A stretch of 63,907 nucleotides of DNA from Chromera velia (taxonomy: Eukaryota), in NCBI GenBank assembly GCA_018398765.1, contig JAHBMJ010000521.1, positions 62,001 to 125,907 of the forward strand. Direction: 5' to 3'. Numbering within the stretch: the first letter of the stretch is position 1; each line of letters begins with the position of its first letter. Position numbers and translations under genes: made by a program. Positions 23,401 through 38,049 of the stretch are shown piece by piece. Below the pieces are notes generated by a model. It ran no database searches, had not been told where the DNA came from, and saw only the letters and a program-made list of their open reading frames with translations.

Positions 23401-24257
23401 TAAACTACACGGACAAAGCGTGCATACAGACTTGCATTCGCACGCACAAACGCATTTTTACGCACGTGTGTATATGTGACTATAAGTGCGTGCGCGTGTA
23501 TATTTGTACGTGTACGTAAATATTTGTGTGAGTGCGTTCAGGTTGTCAAACTGGAACCTGCGGGTGCCGTGTCGATTGTGGACACAGAGGTGAGGGTTGC
23601 CTGTCTGTCTGTCCATTGGTTGGTCTGTCTGTCTGTCTGTCTTGCCGGTTTTGGCTGCTAATTCCTTCTTCCAACTCACACTCACACTCACTTCGGTTAC
23701 CGATTCTTGGCCACGATTTCTTCTCAGCCTGTGTCTCCGTCCCATTGCCTTTTTGTCACAAGGGTTTCTCTCTCTCGCTTGGTATCCCTCCTGTGAGATG
23801 AGGGAAGCTGGACTGAAGAAAGAAAGAGCATTTTGTGCTGCTGTCAGTCAGTCTCCGTTCGGCGCCTGTCCAGCTTCTTCTTCTATTCTTGGCTCTGCCT
23901 CGGAAATTTTGTGTGAGCACAGCTGGTTCCTTCCGCCCTTCGCACTTTGTGGTAGCGTGGGCATCTGAAAATACTCACTGCTTTCCTCTTTTTGGGTCGT
24001 GCATGTCTTTCTGCAGCTTGCTGTGGATGTGGATGTCCCGAAGGCGAGCAGACAGAGACCGAGAGCAAGAGGGTCGATGGGAGAGACAGAAAATGGGGGG
24101 GGAGGAGAAGGAGAAGGAGAGGGAGAAGATGAGTGGGGAATGTTGGATGTGGAGGGAGGAAGCTCTAATTTGAGGATTTTGGAGTTGGGAGTGGTCAGCG
24201 TTGTTTTTTTTTCCTTCTTTCAGTATTGTTTTCTCTCCTTCCTTCCTTCCTTCCTTC

Positions 24258-24288
<31 letters not shown>

Positions 24289-24415
24289 TTCGTTCATCTG
24301 CTTTGTCGTTCTTCTCTTCTTATTTGCTTGCTCGCACTACCTTCCTTGCTTCCTTCCTTCCTTCTGTCCTCGCTTTCTTTAATTGGGTAGTCGACTGCTT
24401 GGTTTGAATTACACG

Positions 24416-24452
<37 letters not shown>

Positions 24453-27142
24453 GAGAGACAAGAGACGAGAGACAGAGACAGAGACTGAGACAGAGAGAAG
24501 GGCCCTCTCGAGTCGAGGGAGTAGAATCGGCAGTGGACGAGCGAAGTTTGCTTTGCTTTGTTTCGATTGGTTTTTGTGTTCAAAGACCCGAGCGGGCAAT
24601 TTGTGGATCAAGCAGTTCTGCCCTGTTCATTGATGCTTCAGTTCCCTTCCCGGAGCTTTTCTCAGTCGTTTGCTTGTACTAACCTCATGCAGGAGGAGAA
24701 GGGGGAAGTCGGAAAAGAAGAGTTGTGCGAATTCCGATCTGAGATGCCCCTCGAGAGCCTTCAGACACTCTCAGACGGCCTTGCAGGAGTACTCGTGTCT
24801 CTGCACACTGAGCCTGCAGGTGAGCGCATGCATGGAAGTGAAAGAAAAGAAAAGAAAACGTGCATGGTGTGTGCCCATGGAAGGGGAAAGAAGGGGGGCA
24901 GAAGGCATTGAATGACGGGCAAAATTGTGTTGCTGAAGATTGCTCTGTGCATGACTTTCTTCCATTGCCGGAGAGAAATAGTGGGAGAACGCAAATAAAG
25001 CAGCAGAAGACCGCGGCGGGGTGCGGTTCGACTGGATGGTTCACTGCCGCAGAAGTTTCGGGAAAACGAGCGAAGATGGATCTGATTTCCTCCCTCCGCT
25101 CGCGTCTGTGCGCTCTCTCTCTCTCTCTACTGCATGCAGACGGGGCCGACCTGTATTTGAGTGTCCCCCCACTGCGAGACGCGACGCCGCACCGGCACCA
25201 TTTCTTTGAATTCGCTGCAGGCACAAAGGTCGGCGGCAAGCAGGGGAGGGGGGGGGGAGGGAGCATTGAGGTCGCTGGTTGGTTGGGGGAAGAGGCAGGG
25301 AGGGGAGGAAAAACGAAAATCCTCAAAAGGCCCCCGTAAAGCCCTGAATCTTTTCCCCTTACCTTTGATTGTCTTCTTCGAATGCCCCCCTCCCCTGTTG
25401 ATTCTTCTAATCCCTTCTCCCTCTGCCCCTGCCTGTGACTCTCTCCCTGCCTTCATGCAGGAAATTCTTCTGACGGTTGGGGCCCTCCGAGCGGCTTTGG
25501 GTACGCATGGGGGCGGAGGGGATGGGGGTGAGCGGGGGGATGCGAATATGGTGTCCCCCTCTGTGCCCTTTGGAAGTGTTGGTGTTGGGGGTGTTGTGCC
25601 TTCTCCTCCGTCCTTTCAGTGGCCCCGTTCTTTGTTGGTGGGGGTCCATGGGTTTGCAGAGAGAAGCTCCTTTGTGCTTTCTGCAAGGCTTCTGGGAGTA
25701 GAGGAGATGACGAAGAGGGAGAGGGAGAACGGAGGTATGATGACAACGGGACACGGACAGGAACAGTCAGCAGGGCAGCAGGATTCTTCTGCTTCTTCTG
25801 CGGTGTGCGGGTTCTGTGGCCAGTCCGTGCCTGCAGCGTCGTTACAGATGCATGAGCTGCATTGTGGGAGACACAGATGGAAGTGTAAGGTCTGTGGTGT
25901 CGTTTTGAAGAAGAGTGAGGGGGAGACCCACACACACTGTGAGGTGTGTGGTGAGGGATTGCACAAGGATGAGGTCGAGAAGGTTAGTTGGTCCTTTGGT
26001 TTTATTGCGAACATTCAGTTTGAAAACGAAAAAAAAAGCGGTTGGTCCTTTGGATCTATTGCGAACATTCAGTTTGAAAAAGAAAAAAAAGCGGTTGGTC
26101 CTTTGGATTTATTGCGAAAATGTAAATAAAATTCGTTGAAGAGAGGCCATGTCTTCCTCTTTTCACTTTCTTTCTTCAGCTCCATTCGAGAGAGACCATT
26201 TGCTCTCCTCGCGCCCTTCTCTCTGCTTCTGTTGGGTTGCTCTTCTATGCGGACTTTTTCTTTCACGTGTCTTCGAGTTGCTCCCAGCTGTTTCGCGCTG
26301 TCCTTTCTCGCCTACGTGCCCCTCCACTCACTCTGTCTGCTTCTTTCTGTGCAGCACCGCCGTTTATGGCATACGCCCCTCTCGTGCCCTGACTGTGGCA
26401 GAGGGGGGCTCCCGAGAGCAGAGCTGGGGCTCCACAGAAGGAATGAGTGCCCCAAGAGACTGCTGTTGTGCAGGTGGGGTGGGGTGGGGTGTGTGCTCTG
26501 GTTGTTTGTTTCTTTGTGTCGATTTGGGGATACACGCTGCATGGGGTCTGTCTTTCTCGCCTTCACCGCTCCTCTGCCTCACTCGTTTAGTCACCCACAC
26601 CGTTTCCTTCCTTCCTTCTTGCTTCAACTTAACATGCACTGCCTTCTTTCCCCCAGCCACCAAGACCTCTGTCTTCATGTGTGTGTTCACGAATGTCGGT
26701 GCAACCTGTCAGTCAATTTGCGTGTGTTCCCTGCCTGCAGATTTTGTGGGCAGTTCGAAGCAGCAGGGGACGGGAAGGACCTTGATGCTGTGGACAAGTG
26801 AGGAGAGGGGGGGGGAGAACAGAAAGAAATAAGGGGATGAAGGGACAAAAGGAAGAAAGCAAGAGAGAGTGAGGAGAAGGGAAGTAGGGTTTCTTTTCTT
26901 TGTGTTGAATGGCGATCTCGATGCATGGGAGAAAGCAGTAAGGGAATTTCTATGCATTTGCGTGACTGAGCTCACAGCTACTGCTTTCTTTTTCTGGAAT
27001 CTGATTGATTACGGCTCCCCTCTATTCGTTGTTGGGAGGGTGTATGGTTTTGATGTTGTGTTGGGGGGGTTGGGGTTTGGGGGGAGGTTATGGTGGTGGG
27101 GGGATTACTTGTGGTGTTTGTGCCTTCCAGCCCCACCCCCAT

Positions 27143-27181
<39 letters not shown>

Positions 27182-30100
27182 TTCTGTTCATGTCTTGGTA
27201 TTTCTTCCTCCTTTGATGGTCTGCATCGTCTCTTCTCTTCTCTTCCCTTCCTCCAGAGAGACAGGAGGCCCGCCGGTCTCTCTCTCTCTTTCTCTCTCGC
27301 TCTCTCTCGCTCTCTCTCTCTCTCTCTCTTTCTCTCTCGCTCTCTCTCTCTCTCTCTCTTTCTCTCTCGCTCTCTCTCTCTTTCTCTCTCGCTCGCTCTC
27401 TCTCTCTCTGTTTCTCTCTCGCTCTCTCTCTCTGTCTGTCTCTCTCTCTCTCTCTGTCTGTGAGTCAGAACAAGATGGATGGATGCGTCATTCATTCTTT
27501 CGACTTATTTGTTCTTTCTATGCACGCCCTCCATGCACCTTTCATTCCTCTGATGTCTTGAATGCAGACTCCGAGGCCTCTCCGCCCATGAGGCCTACTG
27601 TGGAGCCCGTACAGCGGAGTGCTCAATTTGTGGACGTGCGGTGATGCTGAAGGTTTGTTCTGTCTTTCTTTCCCTTCCCTTGCGTCTCTTTGGCTGGCCT
27701 CTCTTTGGCGGACCGTGTGGTCATCACACGTCGATCTGTGGTGTCATTCCTGACCGGGCTTGCAAGTGCATCCCGAAAGAGAGAAGACAGACAAACCTGC
27801 TCTGCAAGAAAAGAAACGAAAAGAAAACCCAAATTTAGACCCTTGCAGGCGGTTGTGCGTTTGCTTCCTTAATTCCCTCAATACGTTAAGTCACGTCTGG
27901 TCACGGTGTGTTGATCAACTGATCGATCGATTGAATTGCTGGAAGCTGAAAGCAGTCCATGGAGGAAAGGAATTAAGGAGATGTCCAGCTGATCGATCCA
28001 TCCGCTGTCTTTGCCTTTTTTTCCGCTTATTTTGATATCTCTCTCGCTCGATTTTCCGGGTCGAGTGAATGCAGGAGATGGATCTGCACATGCAAGCGGC
28101 ACATCACCCGTCTGCATTCGTGGGTGCTTCGGAGGCAGACAAGGACGCCATAGCGGTCGCAGTGACTGAGCCAAAGCCGAGATACGTACGTCATATTCAT
28201 CATCGAACTGGGGGGATTGGGGGACTCACAGAACCTTGATGGATGCGTTTTACAGACGGGCGGCGAGGCACTTCACTCCCTCCCTCCCTCCCGTTGTACA
28301 ACACAGAAGAGAAGACGATATATATCCCTCCCTTCTTTTTCAAAGCTGCTGCAAAAGTGCCAGTTAATCATTTATCACTGATCCGATCGAACGCGAAGAG
28401 GCTGTTTGGATGCATTGACGAGGCCTAGAGGAAAAGCTGCGTGCATCTGTTCCATTTTTCTGTTAATTCTGGGTGGACGATGATCAAGCGATCGATCGAT
28501 CGTTTTTCATGGGGCGTCCTTCCTTCAAAATTCTTTTCGGCTTTGTTGATTGCTTGCTTTTTAATTTACTGACGTCTCGTCTCACTGGGAGGATGCACAG
28601 CGTTCCCCCTCGTTTCTTTGGTGTCCAAGCGAATGAAGGTGGTGAGTGCCTGCCTGCAGGAACCTTGTCCCCTCTGCGGGCTGACCCAATTCGAATCTGC
28701 AGAGGATTGGTCGGACCATGTACAGGTCTGTCTGTCTAGACGTCTGTCTGTCAGTCTGTCCGGGGGTGGGGGCAAGGGGGGGAATCGATCGATGCTCGTT
28801 GTCCTGTCCTGTCCATGCAGAGGGAGGGAGGGAGGGAGGGAGGGAGGAGGTAGAAGCATCCTTCTTTCCTTCCTTCCTTTCTCTTCTCCTTTTGTCGAGT
28901 GTTTTCTTTGTGCCTTGCCAGACCCTTCGGCCGACTGCCCTGCCGAATTACTTTTGAATCTAGCTTTTTCCTCCCCCTCCTGAATCCATTTTCCCTCATG
29001 GTCGTCTGCTTCATCAAGTACGTAGACAAGCAGGCAGCCTGCAGGCCCCCCCTTCTTATGTCACCTAGCTGCGAATGCATGTGCTGCGTGTGTGCGAACG
29101 CAGAGAGAGGCGGTTCCATTTCCCTCCCTCCCTCCCCGTGCCCTGCCCTCCTTCCTGCAGTTATGTTTCGAACAGCAGGTGCCGCCTGAGGGTACGAAGG
29201 AAGACGCGCAGATGAACCCTGTGGATGTGGATGAGGAGGAGGAGGATGAGCTGATGGAGGGGGGACTGGAGGGTGTGACGCTCGATAAGTGCGCGAACGT
29301 GCCGTGCGGCGCCCCTCTTTCTTCCGTTGTCACGCTCCCCCCCTCTGTCTCTGGGTCGTCTCCTCCTCTTCCGCTTCAAGCCCTCTGCCCGCGCTGTCGC
29401 CCTCTTGCACCCTCTGTGCGAGAGAGACGGCGATCCTCCTCCGCAGGCGGGAGCCCGGCGGCGGGGGGGGCAGAGGAGGCCGATGGCAGCAGTTCTTCTG
29501 TAGATACACAAGCTCTGTTCAAAAAGTGAGTGCATGCGTGGGTGCATAAGTAACTCCTTGTTGGTTAACTGTTTTGGGGGATTGTGCGGTTGGTTGTTGC
29601 TTCTCTTCTGTGTACGTTCTCTCTCCTTCAAAGAACTCTTGCGACTTATCGAAAGAAGTCGTTATGACTTCTGCATGGGCATACGAGAGGATCGATCTGC
29701 TTCTTCTGTTGCTATTGCCACACTTAAGTGCGGACGCGATATGTTGCTGCTGGATGTTGCCGTGTGTGTGTCATGCGACCATGCAGATACTTCTCGCAAC
29801 TGGTGAACGGGTGTGGATCGTCTGTGTGTGAAAATTACAGGTGCTGTAGAAGTGCACAAGGGTAAGCAAGCTGCGTCGCGCAAACGAACCCTCAAAAAGT
29901 TTCAGCAGTGTGGTTGTGTTCAAGAAAACTGTCTTTTGAGATTCTGCCGTCGGAGAATCGCAATAACCGTTTCAGTCACCTTTGCCTCTCTTTCTTTCTT
30001 TCTCTCTCTCCCTCCCTCCCTCCCTCCTTCCGTCCTTCCCTCCCTGAGTCTCTCTTTCTCTGTGTGTGTGTGTGTGTGTGGGGGNNNNNNNNNNNGGGGG

Positions 30101-30572
30101 GGGGGGGGGGGCACTCGAGAAGTGTGAGTCCATTCATCGACAGTGATTGATTGAGTGAGAGTTTGCGGGTCACATTGTCGCGTAGATATTCGATGATGAG
30201 CGCCTACCTCAATTTCGCTTGTGGAATCGAGAAATGGTGTCCGCAGGCGCTGATGGAGCATCCAATCTCTTCTTGCATTTCACTTCTTTTCTCTTCGTCT
30301 CTCTTCCTTCTCTGTCTGTCTGCAGGGCGAGAGGCGACGCCCTGGTGGATCCCTCGGGTGCTGCGGCTGTGGCTCTGCAGCTCTCTGGGGAGGCCTCTCT
30401 GTCTGTGTCGAAGTCCTCCTCTTCCTCTTCTTCTACTGCAGCTGCTGCTGGGAGTGGAACTAGGGGGTCGAGTGGGGAAGACGGGAGACAGGGGAATACT
30501 GGGGGGGGAGGGGCATCTGCACGGGCGTTGCGTCTCCCGAGGCTCTATCTCTGTCTGCCAAAAGTTCTATAG
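20498..30572 (+). CDS. UFD1-domain protein with N-terminal coiled coil and multiple TRAF/XAF1-like zinc fingers (~18-20 exons)
   Basis: Exons encode DRIIL|PPSVL..YPLQFRL..THAGVLEFIAEE|GTVVLP..VTYASLPKG, LEAALRSKFSTLTEGETI and VVKLEPAGAVSIVDTE|LAVDV (UFD1 fold). These are followed by CGFC..MHELHC..CKVC..HTHCEVC, HRRLWH..CPDC..HRRNECPKRLLLCR|FC and AHEAYCGARTAECSICG. An exon may be lost in the gap at 30085-30095, so the 3' end is less certain. Confidence 0.85.
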
Positions 30573-32278
30573 TCTTGTCGTTAGAAGATTTTTGAAGGCT
30601 TCCTTTCTTTCTGCCTCGATCGATCAAGCGCAGGCCTCATGCAATACTACACGCAGCAGTAGACAGTCAGCTGAATCAACCGCTAGCTCCTAATCTCTAT
30701 ACGAATGATCACTAAAACATTGACCTTCACGAGGTACACACGGCCACAGTTTTTGTAAAAAAAATCTGCATGTAAAATTATTAAAAGCCTATAGCCGATC
30801 GAGCACCTGTAACTAAATCTAGAACTAAACATGAATGTACTACATATTGAATCTATGACTATGACGATGACGCGCTATTGTTATTCATATGTAGAGCTAA
30901 CTCGATACTTCTAACGTTAGACAGGGAAAAGTTGTCATTTTCTGGGATGTCACGCTGGTACGCTACTTTAATCAAAACTTTAGAATATCAATTAAAAGCT
31001 TTAATCTTTCGAGAAACATGTTTCCTCTGATATGAAAGCTGCCAGCTAGGCTGCTGGCTCTCAGTTGAGGGTCTTTGATTCAACTCACTTTACTGGGTAG
31101 CGGTGCTCTCTTCTACCCTCTTCCACAGACAACTTGATCTAAAATTTTTTCTATTTCATACCCCAACACCATACCGCCCCTCACTTTTCTTCCTGCATTA
31201 GCTGAAAAAATGCAAAAAATAATAAAAAACAAGTTGAACGAACACTTAAATTAAATGTTTGAGGTCTAGTTTGAAGTTCTTTTTGGTACATGTGGTATAT
31301 AATTTTATATATTTTTGTCAATTTGCTAGTCAATTTCATAGTTCAAGTGACGGTTGACCTTAATTATATAATTTATATTAAGGTATTTTCTGATTGTGCT
31401 AGTAGTTGCCCCAAACACCTATACTCTAGCACTTACCGAATCTAACCTGAATCTAGACTTGAATAATGATACACTTTACACAAAAAACTTTCTAGAGGGC
31501 CGGGGAATGCATTTTAAGATCTGTTCCTAGCATGTCCGCCTTACTTTCTAGCTTACTTTGGTCCTTCCATTCCTTTACGCAACACTGCAACACATTTGGC
31601 TACATTGCAACTCTTTATACAGTTGAAACGATATTATGTATTATAGATTGTGCAACAATCTGAATAACAACAATGAATTGAAACAGTGTTAAATTGTTAG
31701 CGAGGAGCCTGCGATAAGCAGGCTCAATTGCAGCAAGCAAGGTGGCAAGCCGAGACACACGTCTGTATGCAAGCAAAACGTAACATGCTGGAGCCTGGAG
31801 AGAAGATTGGAGAGAGAAAAGCCCCTCCGGCCTTCGTGCATATAGTTTGTCTTGCTAAAATGATGACGCCCTCATTTTCTGCCGTCAGTCTCGGGATTTA
31901 GCTAATCAATCAAATAATCAAATCGGGTCTCCACTCGAATCCCCCCATCCTTCTCGCAGCTTTCAGCGATTCTCTCTAGAGGAGAACCGACTCGATCCAG
32001 TGGGTGACTGCTACAACTCACATCACACGTCCTGAAAAATGTAAACAATTAAAAAGAAAAAAGAAATGGCGGGCACACGGTCTAGCTGACAAAATGACAT
32101 ACGCAGGGAACGCGCACTGCATGTCACATCTGGACCGCCGCCTACGCTTAATTCCCTTAATCGCTCTCTTTCCCTCAATCTTTCCATTGCTGCAGTCACA
32201 CAAAGCATCCAGACGTGTACATTGAAAACGCTTGCACGCAGAAATGGTCGACGGCCGTTTCCGGATATTTTTCCTTCT

Positions 32279-32313
<35 letters not shown>

Positions 32314-33337
32314 TTTGGTGTCTGCGCTTGCATTTAGAAATACGACGAGAAGAAAACGTTCTTTTCACCGTGTGGGGCTGGAGAGCAGTCATGCATGTGG
32401 CCACTCATTGTGCATGCCTGGCTGTTTCCAGATCGAGGCTCCATTCAAGAACGGCAAGACAAAGAACTAGTCGACAGACAAAGAGAGGACAGAGAAGCAG
32501 CAAGAAAGATAGACAGATCAACTGACGCTCCCGTCAAAGTGCTTACTAGACCGAAGACGCCCTTCTAGCTGTCTACCTCCCTCCCTGCTTCCCACTCTCT
32601 CTATCTATCTATCTCTTCCTCTATCGCTTTTCCTCTCTGTGTCCCCCTTTTTTTCGCCTGTAGACAGCACAGCTGCTTTTGGTGCACAATATGACGTTGT
32701 ACTCTGTTCGTGACACTCGAGCGCATTCCTCCAGATCCATCGAATACATGCATCCCTCCATCCATCCATCCAGGCAAGGGGGCAGTTGAGTGATCGAGAC
32801 GCGACTGTGGGTGCTTCCTTAGGCCCGCCTCCAGTCCGACTCCTCTTCCGTTCGTCCGAAAGCTCACTCACCCGTTCGCCCACCTCTCAACCAATCATCC
32901 ATTTACGCATCCATTCAATCATGTATGCGGTGCATCCATGACCTTTCATGAATTCATTCATCGATCCACTTAATTGACAAATCATCCATGCATTTCTCTA
33001 CATTCACTTGTAATTTCTTTCCCTTACATGCAGTCAGTCACGCGCCTCTTTGTGTGCAGGCATCCATCGAGAATCAGACTGTACAGCTGCAGCTGAATAC
33101 TCCTCCCTATCTCTCGCATTCGCCCCCACTTGCCAGCTTTTTGACAGGCGACGGTCCAAGCAAAGACAAGAAAAAGGACAAGAAAAAGGAAAATGACGGG
33201 AAGGAAGTGGCGCTTTCACAAAATGTCTCTCGTCCCTTGTGAAAAGACAAGAGTGAGAAAAATAAAAAGCATTCCTGACGTTTGGATAAGCCATCAGCAA
33301 GTATCTTTCAGAATCAAACTATCATCAATTTCTTTGA

Positions 33338-33376
<39 letters not shown>

Positions 33377-33952
33377 CGCTCCCTCTCTCTCTCTCTCGCT
33401 CTTAGCAATTTCAAGAGGGATTCAAATCGAAGAAAAAGGGACGACGCACTTGCGTCTTCTCTAATTACTCGTAAGGCAAAGGCACTAGCTCCTTTCAAGT
33501 GGACCCCCTTCTCTTCTCGCTCCTTCCTTTGGACTGAGGCGCCTCTCAGTCCATCCAACCGGCTTGAAGCACTAAGCTCCCCTTCATGCCTCACGGAAGC
33601 ATCATGGGAGGTGCCATCATGGCAGGTCCGAGGCGGGGGGCTTCCTCTCCTCCCAGCACGGTGCTGCATTCATCAATCAGATCCATTCAATCAGATGCAC
33701 ACATGCAGTCCCAGGGAACGAGCACGGATGGTTGAATAGAAATGCGATCTCTGGCACAAAGAAAGACCCACGGATTCTCACACACTCAGAAGTTGCAAAC
33801 GGACAGTCAACAAGAAAGCGCACACAAAAGCCAGACACAGGACAGTGTCACCCACCCACACACACACACATGCACCCATATAGACGCAGAAACAAACATA
33901 CAGACAGACAGACACGTAAACAGCAGGCACACACATGCATACGCGCGCACAG

Positions 33953-33988
<36 letters not shown>

Positions 33989-34166
33989 GAACGCACGCAC
34001 ACACGCGCACACGCGCCTATGCGCACAAAGAAAAGCATTCGACCCATGAAAAGTTATCAGAGAAGACACCCCCGCAAGACCAAGCAAAGAGGTCCATGTG
34101 ACCTCATTCGGTCTCATCATTCTTCCCTTCTCATTCCCTCTGATTCTTCCCTCACCCCCTGTATCC

Positions 34167-34837
34167 TCACGTTGTGACAGAGAGCGGCAGCAGTCCTGCA
34201 TTTTTGTTCTGCACCATTTTTGAGAAAACATCTGCGAAGTCAGACAGCCAGGCGGCGTTGTTGCGGGCGTACTCTCTCACGATGTCTCCAGTGCCTGAGT
34301 CCGAACAATCCTGCAAAGAAGACAGACAGCACAAAAGAAAGAGAGGTATCCACCCCACTTGCACCACACGAGATGAATTAAGAGAATGGTCGAACAAGGC
34401 AAGAAAGATCCTTCTCTGCCTGAGTCTGCAGATCTCTTCTGCTCTCCTGTCCCATGTATCTGTTTTCTTTCTGGACTGCAGAATCTAAAACAGAATTCAC
34501 TAATCGTTGCATGCTTTTGAGAAGCGCATCTTTAAAAAGTGCGTCTGAAGACAGCCACGCTGAACGACCGCTGGGGCTCGTGACTCCCCTTTCTCCTCCC
34601 CAGCTTACAAAAAGAATTAAGAAGAAGAACGACTCACTCACATTTGAATCTCTCGGGCAAGTCAGGGACCTCCCGTCAGTCACCATCGTGAAGTCCTTCA
34701 GAAGAGCCATGTCCTGCATGCAATCAAGCAATGAATTTGTTTTCTTTCATACAGAATTCTTATGAAAATAAATGCAGGAAGGCCATGTCCGGCAATCAAG
34801 CAGATAACCACAGGAGTGGAGAGGAAGGGAGATGGGG

Positions 34838-34868
<31 letters not shown>

Positions 34869-35235
34869 GAGAGAGTGGATTGTAGGTCAAGAGTCATCCT
34901 GTATATGGAGGACGCCCTGAGTAAAAGTGATGAATGTTCTAACCTTTGACTAGCTCTTTTGCAGCCAAAGTGACTCTACTTTTACGCAGAGGTTGAAAAA
35001 CAATTGCAGCAACGAAGCACAAATGGATTGCCAAAAAGAGGATTCAAGATGACTCCTCAGTCTGCTAGGGCTGGTAGAAAAAGGACACTGTGCTTGTCTG
35101 TAGCACAGAAAGTGCCATTCATGCAGAAAGAACAGAAGAAGGTCTCGCCCCGTCTTGCTTGCTGTGCATTTCGACGTACCGCGTTAAGCATCAGACCCAG
35201 GCTGTTGTTGCGTCCCCATTTCCACTGCCATTTGC

Positions 35236-35283
<48 letters not shown>

Positions 35284-36568
35284 GTATATGCAATAGAGAG
35301 AGAGAGAGAGAGAGTTCTCGCACGTGCAAAATTCACAGTGCAATTCAAAGTCTCTGCTCGAATTGCATTTCACCTGCGAGGATCAACAAACAGCCAGACT
35401 GACAGCAGCGAAAAAATGACCAAAGTGGAAAGAAGAACTGAGACAAACGGCACGAAACATAACTCCCCCTCAAACGCGCAACAGAGAGAGAGACCAACGC
35501 AAGAACGAACCAACCTGCTGGGCTGACATCCTGTCTCCATCTCTCGTTGGCCATGTCTCTGCACCCATGTATGCATACAGAGATTCATTTGCATGATCAA
35601 AGAGAAAATGCGTGCGAGGAGATGCCTAAAGACTCGTACATAAAGTACCCCCACATCGACTCATGAAGATAACGAGAAACTTCATTTCTTTTCCCTCCAC
35701 CTCTCTCCCTCCCCCCCTCACCACACACACACACACACACAACCTACCTACCTGTAGAACTCATTATCCAGTCGGTCCTCGTCTTCCGCCCGATCCACCC
35801 ACCCCCCATTATACCCGCTGTTCTGGATGTTGGCTCTGCATTATGCAGATATATAGATCGAATTAACAGAAACAGTGGTCAACTTGTATCATTTTGGTCT
35901 TTCTTTCGTGGGTTGAGTACTGCTGTTACTGACATGCAGGTGGGTAGGGAGATACACGAGGGTATGAGGTGGGGTGAAGGAGAACGGAAACTTTCTCCGC
36001 GGGCACGACGACGCAGCAGCAACGAAAGTGCACATAGGAAGATTCCCCCGACAGACAAACGATCAGCTCCAGAGGTTGGTACAGGTGATGCTGACACACA
36101 GACATCTTATCAAGCGCTCTGCAATGTGCAGCCTTTCTGATGCAATCCGTCACTTAATCCCTGCCTTCTTGTCATGCTTGCCTGGCAGTCACAGTTCTCT
36201 AGACACTGACCTTCCGAGCGTGTGTGCTCCCATGATAGCCACCGATTCTCGCTCTGTGAAACCGAATTCATTCGCAAAGAAGGACACCACTCCGGAGCTC
36301 TGCAGACATTCATTTGCGTGGATTCTTTCTTCATCTGTGCACCTGCCCAGTCGTTTATGTACTTCTTAACATGTATGTACAATTGCATTCACCCACGCAC
36401 ACACTGAAACAAAAAGCGTAGACCGCACCTTGTGTCCATCTTTGACATGAATGAATGAATGGTCGAGTCTGGAGAGGGTCTCTGATGGAGAACTTACGGA
36501 CATCTCGCGTGTTTGACATGTGCAGTCTGGAAGGGGAAGTCACTGTCTGACTCGCACAGAGCCAAGAC

Positions 36569-36617
<49 letters not shown>

Positions 36618-36623
36618 CAGAGA

Positions 36624-36693
<70 letters not shown>

Positions 36694-36703
36694 AAAAAAA
36701 AAA

Positions 36704-36735
<32 letters not shown>

Positions 36736-37288
36736 GAAAGAGAAAGAGAAAGAGAAAGAGAAAGAAAGAGAAAAAGAAAGAAAGAGAAAAAGAAAGAAAG
36801 AAAGAAAGGACACGAAAAACGAAAGAAAACCAGATTAAAATGAATGCCGCCTGCAGGACTGACGTCCATATTTGCAGAAGGCATCCCGTCGATGCTGGAG
36901 GTTGAGGGACTCTCCGGACAGTCGACGCGGCCGGTCAGAAAAGGGATCGTGACAGTCGAACCTGCACCCGTTACTCGATCATTCATACATTTTTGTTTTC
37001 ATTTAGTTATTCATTCGTGTCTCTCGATCATCATTTGACATGAACGTCCTGACATGACACACTGCATCTGAAGAGAAAGACAGACAGACAGCTATGCCGA
37101 AATACAGGTAGAAAGCCAAACCAATTCTCCTACCACACTCTTTTGAACACAATATTGGGCTCCGTGGAGTTTTACTTTGCCGCCTTCTTTTCTTCTGTAT
37201 ATGTGAAAGTCCTACGGAGGTGACGCCAAATGGACACACAGACAAGCACACAAATTGGTGCAACGACAGCGCGAAGAGAGAGAGAAAG

Positions 37289-37358
<70 letters not shown>

Positions 37359-37971
37359 GGGGGGGAGAGAACTAACAAAAGACGAAAAAACACACCTGCA
37401 AGAAGCGCTGCGTATTCCACCGCCACCTTCCCTGCATCCATCCATCCATCCATCCATGCGTATACAGAGTTAGACACTGGCAGACTTTGTTTCTTTGGCT
37501 ATTTTGGGGCAGCAAAACTAGCTGCATTGCACAAATTAAAGGAGGAGACATGCAACAAAAAAGGGACTTTGGGGAACAAAAAAGGTTGAGTCAGACCGAG
37601 CTGGGCTTCAAAAAAACTGATCCATGTGTGCACCACTAAGCGTTTGACAAAAATAAGGTATTGGATAGCGAGACAAACAATTAAATGAAGAAGCAGAGCA
37701 ACGAAGCAAAGAAAGAAAGAAACGACCACACCCACCCAATTAAAATAAAAAGGCCCACACCGACCAGCGAGAGCCCACAAGTCTGCTCGAGATACACCCT
37801 GCATTGGCAGACCTCGGGTGATGTAGATCATCTCCAGCACGTCTCGGGGGGGGGCCAGACCTGCAGCTAGGCAGAGAAGAGGGGAGGATGTGGAGGTATG
37901 TACGCAGAGCTAGACTCACATGTGCGCATGTTGGCTGGCGTACAAGCGGTAGAACCGATTCTTCTGTTGGC

Positions 37972-38007
<36 letters not shown>

Positions 38008-38011
38008 TCCC

Positions 38012-38049
<38 letters not shown>

